In this document: positions 1 through 14,707 of the stretch, in pieces | Numbering within the stretch: position 1 is the stretch's first letter | Layout: each line of letters begins with the position of its first letter | DNA from: Camelus ferus | Lineage: Eukaryota | Direction of reading: 5' to 3' | Assembly: GCF_009834535.1 (NCBI RefSeq) | Contig: NC_045707.1 | Location: 54,314,001 to 54,378,000 of the forward strand | DNA: 64,000 bases | Program-made: the position numbers and the translations under genes | Notes under the pieces: generated by a model | The model's database searches: none | Told to the model about the DNA's origin: nothing | Seen by the model: the letters and a program-made list of their open reading frames with translations, nothing else

Positions 1-360
1 ATGCTCTCTGAAAAACAAAAGCATTTTTAGCTGAGTGTTTCTATGCTACAAAAGAACTATAAAACAGCATAATTTGACCTAAAGAAAGTGGAACAAATGG
101 ATTTTTCCCCCTTTTTCTGTCTTCTCCTTTTAAACTTAAATGTAAATGGTTTGACTTTTTTGTTTTTCAAATTAAGAAAACAATTTCATAAAGGGAAAAG
201 TTTTACAAACTGAACACTCAAAATCACAGACAGTAAATAGAATATAATAAATATTTTGGTTAGATTAATCATATCTACGGGACTGCTTTAGTTTAAATTC
301 TAATAGAAGGAAAGCAGATGTAAATCATTGGTTTCATATTCAAAACTAACCAGGTGGAAG

Positions 361-865
361 TGTTGTCAGACAATTCTCCATTTCAGAACATTTGGGAAGT
401 GTGACCCTAACTAGACTTTTGTTGCAGACAATCTTTCCAAAAACATTTGTATACCAAACAGTCTTAGAAGACAGAGACAGTGTCTCCTTTGACGCAAAGG
501 GCAGATCTGTTGGCTGTCCAGTAGAAGATCATGTTTTCTCATCAGTACAAAAGGCAGTTTAATTTGCAACCCACTATAAAATATTTGAGCTTCCTAAGCT
601 TGGGGTTTCTCAGCTGTGACAAACCTACCTTGAGCTCAGTATCTACCAGGACTCCTTCACTTTACTCCTGTGGAGGCTGAGGGCTAAGAGAACCAACACA
701 ATTATGCTAGTGCCCAGGCTGCTTGCTGTGCTGTGAATAATAAAGCCCTCCGTCCCTGACCTCGGAGTCTTGTATCTTCTGCCAGCATCACAGAATGACG
801 TTGGGATAACTTTCTCTTCCACCTGAAAGTGGGATCCAGTCTCAAACTCTCAAGAGTTTTTGACA
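361..865 (+). mobile_element. Solo LTR, ancient ERVL class (MER68/MER77-like; subfamily uncertain)
   Basis: TG...CA termini (tgttgtcagacaattctcc...tttttgaca), internal tataaa and aataaa. 5' part is similar to the LTR at 45435. Confidence 0.7.
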
Positions 866-899
866 CAGAAGAACTTTACTCATAAGAGTAAAACTGTAT

Positions 900-1700
900 A
901 CAGCAGAAAAAGAGAAAATCTTTTGCTTTTGAATCTCAAGTAATGAGGAAAAAAAGCAGACAGGTTATCTTCAACACAGTTGTAGTGAAACTGACAGGTA
1001 ATACCTTAAAAGCAACAAGAGAAGGCAGAAGAGAGTTCAATATCTTCAGTGATCTGAAAGTTCTATGAATGAAAGAAAGTTACTGTCAAACTGGAATTCA
1101 CCAGAATAAGGACAAAATACAGAAACATTTTCATAGTAACAAAAGCTGCGTTTGCTACTAGCAAACCCTTTTTAAAGATATTTACTTAAATGGACAGTCC
1201 TTTTCACAATAAAATTCCAGATGAAAGATCCATATTGCAAGATGATATAAGAAATTCATGAATAAGAAATATGTTCATAAAATCAAATATAAATTGACAG
1301 TATAAATAGCAACAATAATGTCTTGTGAAATTAAATATGTCAAGTAAAAGAGAAAAATATTAATACATAATTCACTATGGAGCTGAATTGAATTAATATG
1401 TTCAATGGTTCCTATATTCCCTAGGAAGAGCAAAGATTAATTTTAGATTATTTTAACTATGTCATGTTATGATTTCCAGAGTAAAAACTAAGATGAATAT
1501 ATGTAAACAATATTAATTCCACTTTAGTACAAAGAAAACAATAGGAAGAAAAGAGGTATTCAATCCAAAATGGAACAAAGAAAGTAAAGAAAAAGAACAC
1601 AGTGTATTCAGGCTAATAGAAAACACAAAATAGATATTCATTCAACTATATCAGTACTTATATTACATGTAATTGGTTAAATAACACAGTTAGCAGGTAA
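900..1700 (+). mobile_element. Old L1 fragment (end of ORF1 / inter-ORF region)
   Basis: A-rich, with L1 ORF1-like segments such as gcaacaagagaaggcagaagagagttcaatatcttcagtg. Highly degraded. Confidence 0.55.
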
Positions 1701-1770
1701 CAATTGTTTCTAGATTTAAAAAAAAAAGTCCAAAAGTCAAACTTAAATTATGAAGGTACAGTAAGTTTGA

Positions 1771-1821
1771 TAAGTAATTAAGTAAGATTAATATGTAATT
1801 AAGTAAGATTAATAAGTAATT
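1771..1821. repeat. 21-bp tandem repeat, about 2.4 copies
   Basis: Unit taagtaattaagtaagattaa seen directly. Confidence 0.85.
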
Positions 1822-1849
1822 TAATAAGAAATTTTGAAATAAGTGAAAA

Positions 1850-4800
1850 TGAAATGAAAATAAAATACAACTTATTAAATACGTAAAATGCAGAAAAATA
1901 GTGCTTACAGGGCAATTTATAGCACTGAATGCATATTTTAGAAAAGAAGAAATATCTAAAATCAATAATCTAAGTTTCTACCTTAGGAAACTTGGGAAAA
2001 AAGAGCAAATTAAATTCAAAGTAAAGAGAAGAAAACAGTAAGAATTTGAGAAGAAATCAATGAAATTGAAAAGAGGAAATCAATAGAGACTATTAATGAA
2101 ACCAAAAGCTAGTTCTTTGAAAAAAAATTTTAAAAAATCAATAAGTAACCCTCTGACCAGGAAAACTAAGGGAAAGAAAAAAAAAAAAAAGAAGACAAGA
2201 CATAAATTACTAATATCAGAGTAAAAGAGGGGACATCACTATAGATCCCATGGACATTAAAAGAATGACAAAAGTATGCTATGAACAACTCTATTCCCAC
2301 AAATTTGATAACCTGGATGAAATGGACCAATTCTTTGAAATACATAAACTGCATACATAAGAATAAACAGATGACCTGAATAGGCATAAATCTATTAATG
2401 AAATTGAATCAATAATTAATCACCTTCCAAAATGGAAAGCACCAGGACCAGAAGGGCTCTTGGTGAATTCTAACAAACATTTAAGAAAGAAACTATACAA
2501 ATTCTCTTTTAATGTCTTTCAGAGGATAGCAGCAGAGAGAAAACTTCCTAACTCATCCTATAAGGCCAGAATTACACTAATACCAGAACCAGATAAAGAT
2601 GTTACATGAAAAGAAAACAACAATCAATGTCTCTCATGAACATTACACAAAAATCCTCAACAAAGTATTAGCAAAACAGATCGAACAATTTATAAAAAGA
2701 GTTATACGCCATAACTAAGTGGGATTTATCCCAACTATGCGAAGCTGGTTCAGCATTTGAAAAATCAATGAATGTATCCGACACATCAACAGACTAAAAT
2801 AGAAAAATCACATGATAATATCAATAGATGCAGAAAAAGCATTTGATAAAATTCACTCATTTGTGATTAAAAACTCCCAATAAACTAGGAATAGAGGGGA
2901 ACTTCCTCAACTTGGAAAAAAATGTCTACAAAAACCCTACAACTAATATTGTATTTAATGGTGAGAAATCGGAAGCTTTCCCACTAAAATTAGGTACAAG
3001 GATGTTGCCCCTCACCACTCCTTTTCAAACTTGTACTGAAAGTTCTAACTAATGCAATAAAATAAGAAAAGGATATAAAACATATACAGATTAGGAAGGA
3101 AGAAATAGAACCATCTTTGCTTGCAGATGACATGATCATCTATGCAAAAAACCTAAAAAAACTGACAAGAAAACTTCTGAAACTAAAGTGGTTATATAGC
3201 AAGGTTGTGGGATCTAAGGTTAATATACAGAAGTCAACCACTTTCCTATATACCAGCACTGAAAAGGTACAATTTGAAGTTAAAACACAATACCATTTAC
3301 ACAGGCAACCCCATAATTAAAGGTTAAGGGATAAATCTAACAAAAATATGTACAAAATCTATATGAGGAAAACTACAAAGCTCTGATGAAATAAAGAAGG
3401 CCTAAACAAATGCATAAATATTGCATGTTCGTGGTTTGGCAGATTCAATATTTGCAAGATTTCAGTTTTTCCTAACTTGATCTATAGATTCAATTAAATC
3501 CCAGCAAGTCATTTTTGTGGATAATGACAGTGACTCTAAAGTTTATAGGAGAGTTAAAAGACCCAGAATGGCCAACACAATATTGAAGAAGAACAAAGTG
3601 GAAGACTGACATTACTCTACTGCAAGACTTAACTATAAATCTATAGCAAAAAAGACAGTGTGGTACTGGCAAAAGAATACACATATAGATCAATGAAACA
3701 GAATAAACAGCTCAGATACAGACACACACAAATATGGTCAGCTGGTCTTTGACAAAGGAGTAAAGGCAATACAATGGAGCAAAGAGAGTTTTTTCAACAA
3801 ACGGTGCTAGAACAAGTGGACATCCACATACAAAAAAACCAAATCTAGGCTATTATTCATAAACGAATCCAGAAATACATTAACTCAAAATGGATTGCAT
3901 ACCTAAATGTAAAATCAAGACTCTAAAACTCCTAGAAAATAACATAGAAGAAAACCTATATGACCTTGGGTATAGCTATGACTTTTTAGATATAACAACA
4001 GAGGCATAATGCATGAAAGAAATAATGAACAAGTTGGAATTCAAAATATACAGAGGGCTCTTAAATCTTAACAGGAAGAGAACAAACAACCTGATTAAAA
4101 AAATGGGCAAAAAACACTCAGACACTTCACCCAAGAAAGCATACAGGTGGTAAATAAGCATATCAAAAGATGGTTCACATCCTGTGTCATCAAGGAAATG
4201 CAAATTACAACAACAGTGAGATACCACTACACACCTATTAGAATGGCCAAGATACAGAACACTGACAACACCAAATGCTAATGAGGATGTAGAGCAACAA
4301 AACACTCATTCATTGCTGGTAGGAATACAAAATGGTACAATCACTTTGGAAGACAGTTTGATACTTTCTTACAAGACTAAACATACTCTTACCAAATGAT
4401 CCAGCAATCACATGCTTTGGAATTTACTCAAATGAGTTGAAAATTTATGTCCATACAAAAACCTGTGCACAGATGTTTATAGCAACATTACTCATAATTG
4501 CCAAAATTTGGAAGCAACAGAGATGTTCCTCAGTAGGTGAATGCATAAACTGTGGCACATCCAGATAATGGAATATTATTCAGCAAAAACAAAGAAACAA
4601 ACAAACAAACAGATGAGCTATCAAGCCATGAAAAGATATGAAGGAAATCTGAACACATATTTAAGTGAAAGCAGCCAATCTGAAAAGGCTACATACCACA
4701 TGATTCCAACTATGTGACATTCTGGAAAAGGCAAAACTATGGAGATAGTACAAAGATCACTGGTTGCCAGGACTTAAGACAGAGGGAGGGAAGAAGAGGT

Positions 4801-5095
4801 GGCGAACAGAGGATTTTTATTGCAGCGAAACTATCCTATATGATACCATAATGATGCACATGTGTCATTACACATTTTTCCAGACCTATACAATGTACAG
4901 CACCAAAAGTGAACCCTAATAACTATGGACTTTAGGTGATGATGTGTCAAGGCAGGTCACAGATTGCTACAAATGTACCACTCCGGTGAAGGATGGTTAT
5001 AATGGGGGAGGCTGTGCATGTGTGAGGTTTTTATGGGAATTCTCTGTACTTTCTGTTCAATTTTGCAATGAACCTACACTACTTTAAAGTATTTA
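1850..5095 (+). mobile_element. L1 ORF2 plus 3'UTR, L1MC-like, degraded and 5'-truncated
   Basis: RT remnants ('LADDMIIY' at about 3120; atatcaatagatgcagaaaaagcatttgataaaatt = ISIDAEKAFDKI), many stops and frameshifts, apparent internal deletion near 4040, L1MC-type 3' end (gtgaaccctaat..actatggacttt). Confidence 0.93.
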
Positions 5096-5671
5096 AAATA
5101 TTTATTTAAAATACTCAAAATATATTTTTAAATTCAGTATCTCAGGTGAGCTGTATATAAAGGTTTAGTTCACCACACTGCTGGAAATAGAAATCTCTTT
5201 AACAATTACTGTGGGACCAGAAGTTCATCATCGCAAGGGCAACAGGTGATACACTGTAGTGAGAGAGTACAGCTGGAGGGGATATTTGGAGGTAGAGATA
5301 AGACGCTAGCAGCAGGAACAGTCGCAGTTTTCTACTGAGGATTTACATATCTGGCCGAGGTCCACACACTTCTAGTACACTAACTCACAAAGGCTCTGAG
5401 AAGTCCACAGTATATTGCCATTTTACAAATAAGAATGCTTCAGCCCAGAGAGGTTACATATAAAATCACATAGCAAGTGGTAGGGCTAGAAATTAAAATG
5501 AGTCTGAAGCTCCTACCAGAATATTTCTGAACTACATAATCATAATTTTTCTTAATGTTCCCACCAGGAAAAGAAAGTCCAGATCTTAATTTTATCTACC
5601 TTCATGTGTAAGATTTGGGAGTCAGGAATTATTTTAAACCTTCTATCAAGAACTAATTTTTGGTGTAGTCA

Positions 5672-5673
<2 letters not shown>

Positions 5674-5730
<57 letters not shown>

Positions 5731-5740
5731 TACATACATA
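5674..5740. repeat. (CA)n microsatellite with (TACA)n tail
   Basis: About 25 CA units seen directly. Confidence 0.97.
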
Positions 5741-6799
5741 TTTTTTCTACTTCTCATGGTGTCTTTCCGAGGCTGGATATTATTGGGAGGACAGATGTTT
5801 ATATTTCTTCTACTAATTTGATATCATAACCCATATAATTTTGTTATTTTGCTTTTCAATATTTCTCCTAATTCTTCAATTATTTCCTACTGTGTCTCTA
5901 CTCATCTTCTATTTCTCCCTACCTTTACTTCAATTGCTCTTTTCCCTTCCACGTTTTTCTCAGTGCTCATATTATGGCAGGAATACAGACATCTCTGACA
6001 GTAGTTGAGGAACAGTCTCCAAAGGCACCTCTTGGAGGGGTCATCCCACTCAAGGAGTAAAGTCAGGGCTGGCGAGAGAGTGCTGATGCTCCAGGTGCCC
6101 CCCTTACTATTGAATCTGGCCATTTGCTCTTCCTTAGCTTCATCTGTAGGCTCCACACTCGCCATTCTTGGATCTCAGCTACTTCACTAACAGGAAAGCA
6201 TCCCCTGGCATCCTTTGGCTGAGGCAATGTCTTTGAGTTAGTTGTCTATTTATTTTTTACCTGGATTTTGTCTATTTTACCTAGATCCTTCAAACTCACA
6301 AATTTTGTGCCTGTACTTGCTTGGACTTGAGATTCTTCACCTTGTTCTGTCTCTGTTACTTAGAGCATCGGTTCAGAATGAGGTTTGCAGAAATGGAGAG
6401 GTAATGTTGCCTGTTCAGTCTTTTTTCCTCCAACTACCAAATTAAAGGATCACAACAATTCTTTTGCCTTATTCTCAGAGTTGAATCATATTAAAAAATT
6501 GATGTGTAATAGCGATGACAGTAAAATTTCTTAAGCTTTATGACATGGGCACTGACCAATCAGAAAGGATACTGGTTTTGAGCCTGGAGGGGCCCCACTG
6601 TTGGGGGCACCTCAGTTACTGAATATCATAGACTTGGGAGGGGACTTCCAGGGAACTAGCTAAAGCAGCCACAGTGCCTGGGCTGGCAGCAGTGGGGAGA
6701 GACTCACGGAATTCGCTATTCAAGATAAGATTATATTTCAGTATTTTAACAACTGTTCCAGTCAAACTTGTGTATGCCAGTTTTATATCAGCTCTATTT

Positions 6800-7024
6800 A
6801 AAAGCTCTCCAAACTTTAGAGCACTATATTATTTCATAGTATCTATGATGGTTTGACCTTGATCTTGCTTGAAAATGACAACTGAAGGTTTTTGTATAAT
6901 GTGTCAACTATCTATCACCTGGCTGACAGCAACTTCTAAGCTTCCATATATTATGAGATGCGTTCTGAGTTCAGAGAGGTTAAAATGTGAAAAAAAATGC
7001 ATATCTTGGAGTCAGTGAAATAAT
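6800..7024. mobile_element. TcMar-Tc2 DNA transposon fossil (Kanga/MER104-like end)
   Basis: gagatgcgttctgagttcagagaggttaaaatgtgaaaaaaaatgcatatcttggagtcagtgaaata resembles the recalled MER104/Kanga terminus. Confidence 0.6.
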
Positions 7025-7409
7025 GAATAAATTATTAATATTTGCAACATTGTATTCTACAATATGAAATGTAAATATCCCTACCAGCCAATCTTAGATT
7101 AAATTAGCCTACTCAGAACAAGAATTATGCTACCTGATTTTTGATTTACTCTAATATAAGTTTGATATATTTTGCATGAATTGCTTAATCTTTTACTGAG
7201 TGTCTACTATTGTCAGGCATTACTCTAATTGCCAAAGAGCTAGCAGTGAATCAACAGAGTCCTGAACTTGACTAGCATAAAGACATTTTAGTTACAGCTA
7301 TTAAACACATACTTCTGCATGGGATAAGCACTAACGACAAGTCAGCCAGTCCTAGGTTCAGTGGGAGTATGTAAGAGGGGAATTAGTCTACGGTGAAGTC
7401 TAATCAGGT

Positions 7410-7618
7410 ACACTGTTTTCATATTGTGCTTCAAGAAGCCCTAGGAGGCTTTCCAAATGCATCTCGGTGGCTGCTATGGGAAGCCAAGAGATCAGACCCA
7501 CTTCCTAAACCAGAGCAGAAGTACTTTTAGCTGTTTTACACACTATATTGAGTTTGGGGTACTATTTCATTTGAAAGAGGAGGTTTTCTTCTAAAATATA
7601 AAGTTTGAAAACCACTGA
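7410..7618. mobile_element. hAT-Charlie-type MER fossil
   Basis: Ends aaagtttgaaaaccactg, a typical Charlie TIR, with a degenerate left end. Confidence 0.5.
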
Positions 7619-10600
7619 TCTGGTGGACAAAGCCCTAATCACAGCATGAAAATGTTTAAATTAAATTTCCAACTCTACTGCCTATTTATAATTTGACTTC
7701 AAATCACCAAACCACGTCTAAACACATGACTGACAAACAAATGATTCCAAATGATTCTGATCCTAGCCTTCAGTTAAACTGTGAAGAAAGCTATGCAAAT
7801 TATTCTATTTGGGCTGCTGTGCATGGAACAGCCTTCATGCCATGCTATGATTACAAGAATTCTGGAACTATCTTGTATCCATTACGTGTCAGGATATTCA
7901 TGGTTTTCCCTCCTTTGGAGGATTATAAAAAAATAACATCATCATAATAAAGATTACGATATGTGCTGGGATTCATGACATGCCCTTCACATTACATTAA
8001 CTTGCATTTAATTCTTATAAAAACTCTGAGTGATGCTCCCCATTTTTAAAGGAATTGTTACACGAATAACTTTAAAAATGTGCTAAAACAATAAGCCTGC
8101 TAGAAAATAAATGAGCATTTGTTCTAAAAATTAATAGATCACACAGACTTCTCCTTTTTGAAAAAAATTTGGCAAATTTCACTAGCTGTGAAATGCTACT
8201 CTTAAAGTACTTAGAGAGATGTATATATACAAAATAACACAGTTTTTATACCATGGGAGGACAGATAGCATATGTAACTCAGACTAAGGGGGCTGACAAA
8301 TCTATGCAGGCAGACCAACCTCCCTGGCTAAGAACCAGGAGTTACGCTTATTATATAGAACTCTCAAGGGTACCACACAATCAGAGGTCACAATCGAGGC
8401 AACAGAAGCAATGTCACCATATCAGAGAATGGGCCAATTCAGATCTGGTCCCTGACAGTCACTGAGGTCAAGGCTTGCGGCAAATAATTGTATTAAACAG
8501 GAATATTCCCTGCACACTTTTAGAATTGTCATCTGAACAAACAAGTCCAGGTCATCTGTAGGTTAAATCTCAGTTCTTTTTCCTGGTACTTAGAAATTAC
8601 TTTCTAGTCTTAATCTCTTTCAGTTTTTAAAGTTACAACTGTAATTTTCTTTTGATCAAGAAAATGCTTAATAATTTTTTTTGTTTTCTGATTTTAACAA
8701 CAACAAACCTTCATTTAAATGCATGCATTTGTCATTTAATTCCATTTTATTATTTCCTCTCAAATGTAATTTAAAAGTTCTGATTATATGATAGTAATTA
8801 CAATTTAAACTTCATATTTCAGTGTATAAAGAGCATTATAATTAAAATAACAAGAATAGCTTTATATTCAAATTAAATAATTTCAAATTTTGCCAATTAA
8901 TTACCACTTATGTATCATTGCATGTACTTTATAAAAAAGCAATTAAATTCAGAATAGTAATCTTATATAAAAGATGCATATGATATACATTAGTTCACAT
9001 TTTCCTCACAGTAATCTAGAATTTATGAATTATTACCAGCACATTTTAAAAAGCCTAAATTACACTTGAAAATTTATTTTTAATTTATTTCATGTTTTTA
9101 TCTTAATGATAAATGTTTTAAACATCTTTAGTTATGATACTCTTTTAGTTATTGCTTAATTTAAATAAAATGCTTGAGAGATTATTTTTCCTATAAATTT
9201 TACTTCACATATTTTTCACAAATTACGCTTGGGAAATTGTACACTCTAGGGCTCCCTTTTGTTCATATAAATTCTAGGCAGTAAGACAATCAAGACTTTG
9301 ATGCTTGATTTTATTTTATATTAGTTTATATTTCACTTTGAGCATTATTTTATTTAACATTTAAATTATACACACACACAATTCCATGACATAGTTTCAA
9401 GTGAAACATGCAATAAACTAAATTATAAGACTGTAAAACCAAAACTGGCAACAGCTCAACATTCAACTGAATAAGACTGAAGTTATTTTTTCATGGTTGC
9501 ATAATTAGTATATTATCAGTAAAAATTTGTGGTCCTATGAGTAATAAGACATCACATTCTAAAACAGTATCTAAGATAATATGATCCTCACTGTTTAATC
9601 AACCCTATAGCTTTTAGTTGCGTATTTTATAATGATTCTTTAGAATGCGTGAATTTATATTGTTCGCTAAATTGTATGATCCCCGTGAGAAGTGTAAATC
9701 TCAGCTTAGTTTAAGCAGGTCAGCTAAGTGTCAATTTCAGAGACTTTTTTCCATATTTACTCTTTTAAAAACATATATTTTTAAGTTTAGTTCTAATATA
9801 TTTTTAATACATAAGTTTATTAACTGTACAAGGCGAAAAAGTATCAAACGTATGTTAAACATTAAAATTGTTATTTTAAGGAAACACTTCTTGACCTCAT
9901 TAAAATAATTAACGTTTCATAACATTATATTTCACATCCAAGTTATGAAAAAGCAAAAAAAATTATCAAAACAAACTATAGTCAATTACATTTTCAGATC
10001 AGTAAAATGCACTTGTAAGAGTCTTCCTTCCCCTAATCCAATTGCCAAAGGCATTTTAGCAGCTCAAATAGGTGGTTAGAAACATTCCTGCCATACTTTC
10101 TGAAATGTACAGGTCTTTTTGTTGTTGTTATTCTTTTATGATTTTCCCATTTCTGCAGCTATAAGTTACACTCACACACACACATTCACACATACACATA
10201 CATACGTAATTGGGGTTAATTTTAACATCACTGTTCTCAAACTATCCTGATGAGTTATGGAAACATTACTAGTTGTGATTTATTTACTTATTTATTTTAT
10301 AATCTGAATTACCTTACAAGAATAGAAATGAAGAATTATAGTGCAAGTTAATCTTTTAGAGACACCTGGTGATTTTCCATCCTAACGGGTGATAAAAGTA
10401 ATTAAATTTGATTGTTTTAAATACAATGAACAAACAGGATAATACATTTCAATTCTGTCCTATTTAAGTTACACGATTCTACTTTAAAAGGAAAAATGTT
10501 AGTCAAACCGTCTTCTACTTTTTTAATCCTATGGCATTTGACCTGTTTCTAAAATTATCTGAGTTTCGCACTCTAAGACCTGGGTCACAACCTTATTTAG

Positions 10601-13600
10601 GGCCAGGAAATAGTTATCAGGTCACTGAGTGGTCAAATGAAAGAGGATTTGAAATGCTTCAGCACTTAGGACTCCATTCATGGCAATGATTGACTTCTAC
10701 GTTGTTTAAAGTTTGAGGTTTCTTTACTGGAACTAGTCAGCTTATGCCTATATGATAATGGCAATTTAAAGAAAAATCTACAGACTATAAACAGAGAGAA
10801 TGTAAGAGTATAAGTGAACAGCATTATACACCTACAAAACGGAACGGTCTTTAGAATACCCACAGATATTTTAATTAACAGCTTATCTGAGTCCAAGGTT
10901 AATATAACTCCCTTGGCAGTTGGGTGCAATAAAATGGGTAAAAGCAAAGGGAAGATAAAAGTTACTTCTCTACCATGTTTTTCTTCTAAAGTAGACTTAC
11001 AAGTTGCCATACTATTTAGCAGCACACTTTACTATCATATAGGATCAAATCATACAATTATTCCTGTATGATAATGATGAACCCAAACCTGTTTTTACAT
11101 TCACCTCGTGTTACTACAAGTGAATACAATCTATCTTTGATGATGGAAACAGGCAAAATAGGAGGAAGTTGGGGCAAAATGAGTATATATTTGATCTGTC
11201 ATTTAGCACTAGATCAGCTTCCCTAGAGCTCCAGATCACTATTTAGAAATCAAAATTGGCATTTTGCATAGTTTCCAAAGCATGCAGTATCAGGGATTTT
11301 ATGCAAAGAGAAGCTTATGGCTGGAAAGAAATATTTTTAAATGTATGAAAAGTGATAGAAGAGCATTAAGCCAAAGTATTGCTTCAATAGCTCGTTTTCT
11401 AGTGTTTGAAAGCCTAAGAACAGGACATTATGAAAATTGCACAGCACAAAGGTATTCCATATTTACATAACTTTCCTACAGGATCACTAAAACTTTAAGA
11501 TATAGATGTTTTATTCCACAAATGTTAAGGAAGCAATCCTATCACTGATGGACAGAAAGTTGGAAAATTAGGCACAGATTTTATTTTTAAGTTTTATTTT
11601 ATAATAAGAAACTGGGCCATTAAAACTATGTAACCAAAGCTGGAGTGCGTGCACTGGAAGGCCCCTGCAGTCTTTTACAACTTTTCAGAGGCCTCGGTTG
11701 TGAACTGGGTTTGCACTCTGCCAGCAGAGCAGCTCTGACCCATGGAGAGCACTCCTTCAGATCAACACTGCCTCGGGCCTTTCTGCTTTCTCCAAGAAGT
11801 CTTACATTTCAGGCATCAAGTTGAATTTCTTCTGGAGATGATTAACCCAAACCCATGACAGATTTTTTCCAAGATATCCAACCCCTTATGTTTATTTTAT
11901 CCTGGCTCTTTTTTGGATGTACTGGACACAAGTAACTTACTCATTTTACATGTTAAAGGGCTGGTGGAGAGCCATTAATTCCCTTAAAAAATGAGAAAAT
12001 ATTTCAATGTGCCGGGCTCTATTGTGTGAGCTCACATTAACTACGCGATCTAACGTTTTAAGAAAGATGTTTCTCCTCTACTATAGGGTTTTTTTTTTTT
12101 TTTTAAAGCATTTCATCACATCTCAAGATAGGGATCTTATACTTTTTGGGAAATGCATTCTTGCGGTGTATTAAAAAACACAATGTTAGAAGGATCAGTT
12201 ACTGTTTCCATAAGCCCAGTTTGTAGGGGGTTTCAACTAACCTAAATCTTGGCACACATAATTTTAGTTAATAGTCAAATAAAAATATATAGAAGGGTCT
12301 AGTCTCCTTATATACCAACCCCTGTCATTGTTTCTATTTCTAAAATATTTTCTTCTTATCATGGGTGAGATGAGTTGTAGGAAAATAGTTCAGGTGTTTT
12401 TACGGACTTCTCAAAGTAAAATATTTTAAACTTAGAGGTTGACTTGATTGGATAACTTCTTTGGAGATGACTATTAGTATTTTTTTTTAAGGAATTTTTT
12501 TCTTTTTTTGAATAAACAGTGCAGAAGGGTAAAATTTTCAGTTTTTATAGACTTTTTTCTCTTAGAACGTAGTTTCAAAAGAAATGGGATTTTTATTATG
12601 AACGTTCAAGTTACTTTAAAATATTTTAAATAATAAAACACTCAAATATATAAATTATACATAGAAGTAGAAAAGCTTACTAAATAATATACTTGAAAAT
12701 TTACTCTTTTAAAATTAATAGAAATGTATCAAAGGAGAAACATAACATTAAGTTTAAGGGACATTTAAAATGTAAAGCCTTGGTTTCAATACAGTGTCTG
12801 ATAAGACAAGCAATTCAAGGAAAAATGTATAAATTCCAATTTGACATTGCATGCCAAGAATAAGAACTCAATTCATAAGATGGAAATTTGTATATACGTA
12901 CACATGCAAATATATGAGAATGGAAGCAAGCACAACATGAGACTGGAAAGCAGCTTCAAGGTTTAAACCACCACCAACGCAAATAATTCCATTTAAACAT
13001 AAGTGCCATTTATAAGCGGCAATTCTGAGAGCTAACAACTTTGAACATCAGATAAACTTTAAGTTTAGTATTTGGGTGATGATAAATTGTTGACTCTATG
13101 GTAAATGAGTTTTATTTTCTTAAAATTCAGTCTATTACTTATGATAGTAATTCAGTAAACTGATTTACGAATAATACTTCATATAATCTTTTCTCTTTAA
13201 ATAGGAAAATCTTATACAATTTAAGGTCACTGGTGCAAAGAATCAAAGGATATATTTAGTAAACTTCAAAGGATAATTTTATTTCCACCTAACACTGATA
13301 AACACTGAAAAGTTGTTAAAAATTATAAATTAGAATCACAAGAATTATAGAAAATAAACTCATTGCTCCATATTAGTTTTTTCCATTCTTCTTAAATAAA
13401 ACTGCAAAATAAATTTTATCTTTTACAAAACAGATATCAGTATCTGAATCAAAATATTTTATCTCTAAGTGGGGGCTAAAAACTAAGTTAATTTTTATAA
13501 TTAGATTTATTACCAGAATGTTTAAAGATATCAGTTTCTTCTTTAATTCATGCTTCAATGGGCTACCTAAGTTCAAGACCTTCTACATAGTGAAGAAAAG

Positions 13601-13984
13601 GAGTGACAAGGGATAGCATATACATTGGGGTTGGTAGGTTAATGCCAGAAGTGTGACTGATTGATTGACTGACATTACTTTAAAAAATCTGGATTAAAGC
13701 TGCCTATCAAATTTGTCCAGGTAAAATTTAACGTAGAATAAAAAAAAATTTAGAGTAGAATGGATCATTGAGCAGAATCTGTATCTTGTCTGTTCAGCTA
13801 TATGCATTTACCTTCACCTGGAAAGTCCCTTTCCTTCAAAAAAAGATCAGCTAAGCAGAATAATACATTTTCCCAACACACATACACCATATTTTAAAAT
13901 ATAATGTTTCAAAGTGTATGCAGGTGCTATAATCAAATTCAAACTTGTACAAATTTTATTGTGAATGGCTACTCTTCCCGATAA

Positions 13985-14200
13985 CAGCAACAGCTAGAAT
14001 CTATTGCGCTTCCCATGCATTAGGTACTATTCTCAGCATTTTATATGTATTGATTTATTTACTCAACTCTGCACTATTTTACTCATTATACCAATTTCAT
14101 AAGTGAGGAAACAGACACAGAAAGGTTAAGGGTACAATAAAGTCATACCTCTACCAATGGGTAGAGTTGGGATTCAGACCTAGGTAGTCTGGCTCCATAT
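13985..14200 (-). mobile_element. MIR SINE
   Basis: MIR core-like gtgaggaaacagacacagaaaggttaag and gagttgggattcagacctaggtagtctggctcca. Confidence 0.75.
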
Positions 14201-14707
14201 ATAAAATTGAGTATCATTTTTTCATTAAAATAATGATTAAAAAATCTTACAGAAGGTAGTGAAGCTTTGGGGAAAACATATGGGAACCCACAGTTCTATT
14301 AAACTACTATAAAATATCAGTGGAAGATAGAAATCATTTAGATTTCTGGAAACATAAAAACACATAGTAACTTTAATAATCCTCATCTCTATTCTTCCAG
14401 AGAATGTTTCAAAAAACTATGAAACCTTAAAATGAAGGGGTACTGTTTATAATGATGAGGTTTTTTCAAATCCAAACTCTCACAGCTGGTGGAGTTTAAA
14501 TAGGAAATGATTAAATGAATTCCAAAGTATGCTAAGTAGATCTAAGGGGTGGCTGAGACAGTGGGACCTAAGGCTTGAATGTGAACACTAAATGAGTTGT
14601 AAGTTTAAGTTGGGAATACGCCAATATCTGACTTTGAGTAATAGCAATTGGCAGGAAGAGTGTTTCTGAGACTCCAAAGATATTTTTTTTTAAGAGTCAG
14701 AACTGTT

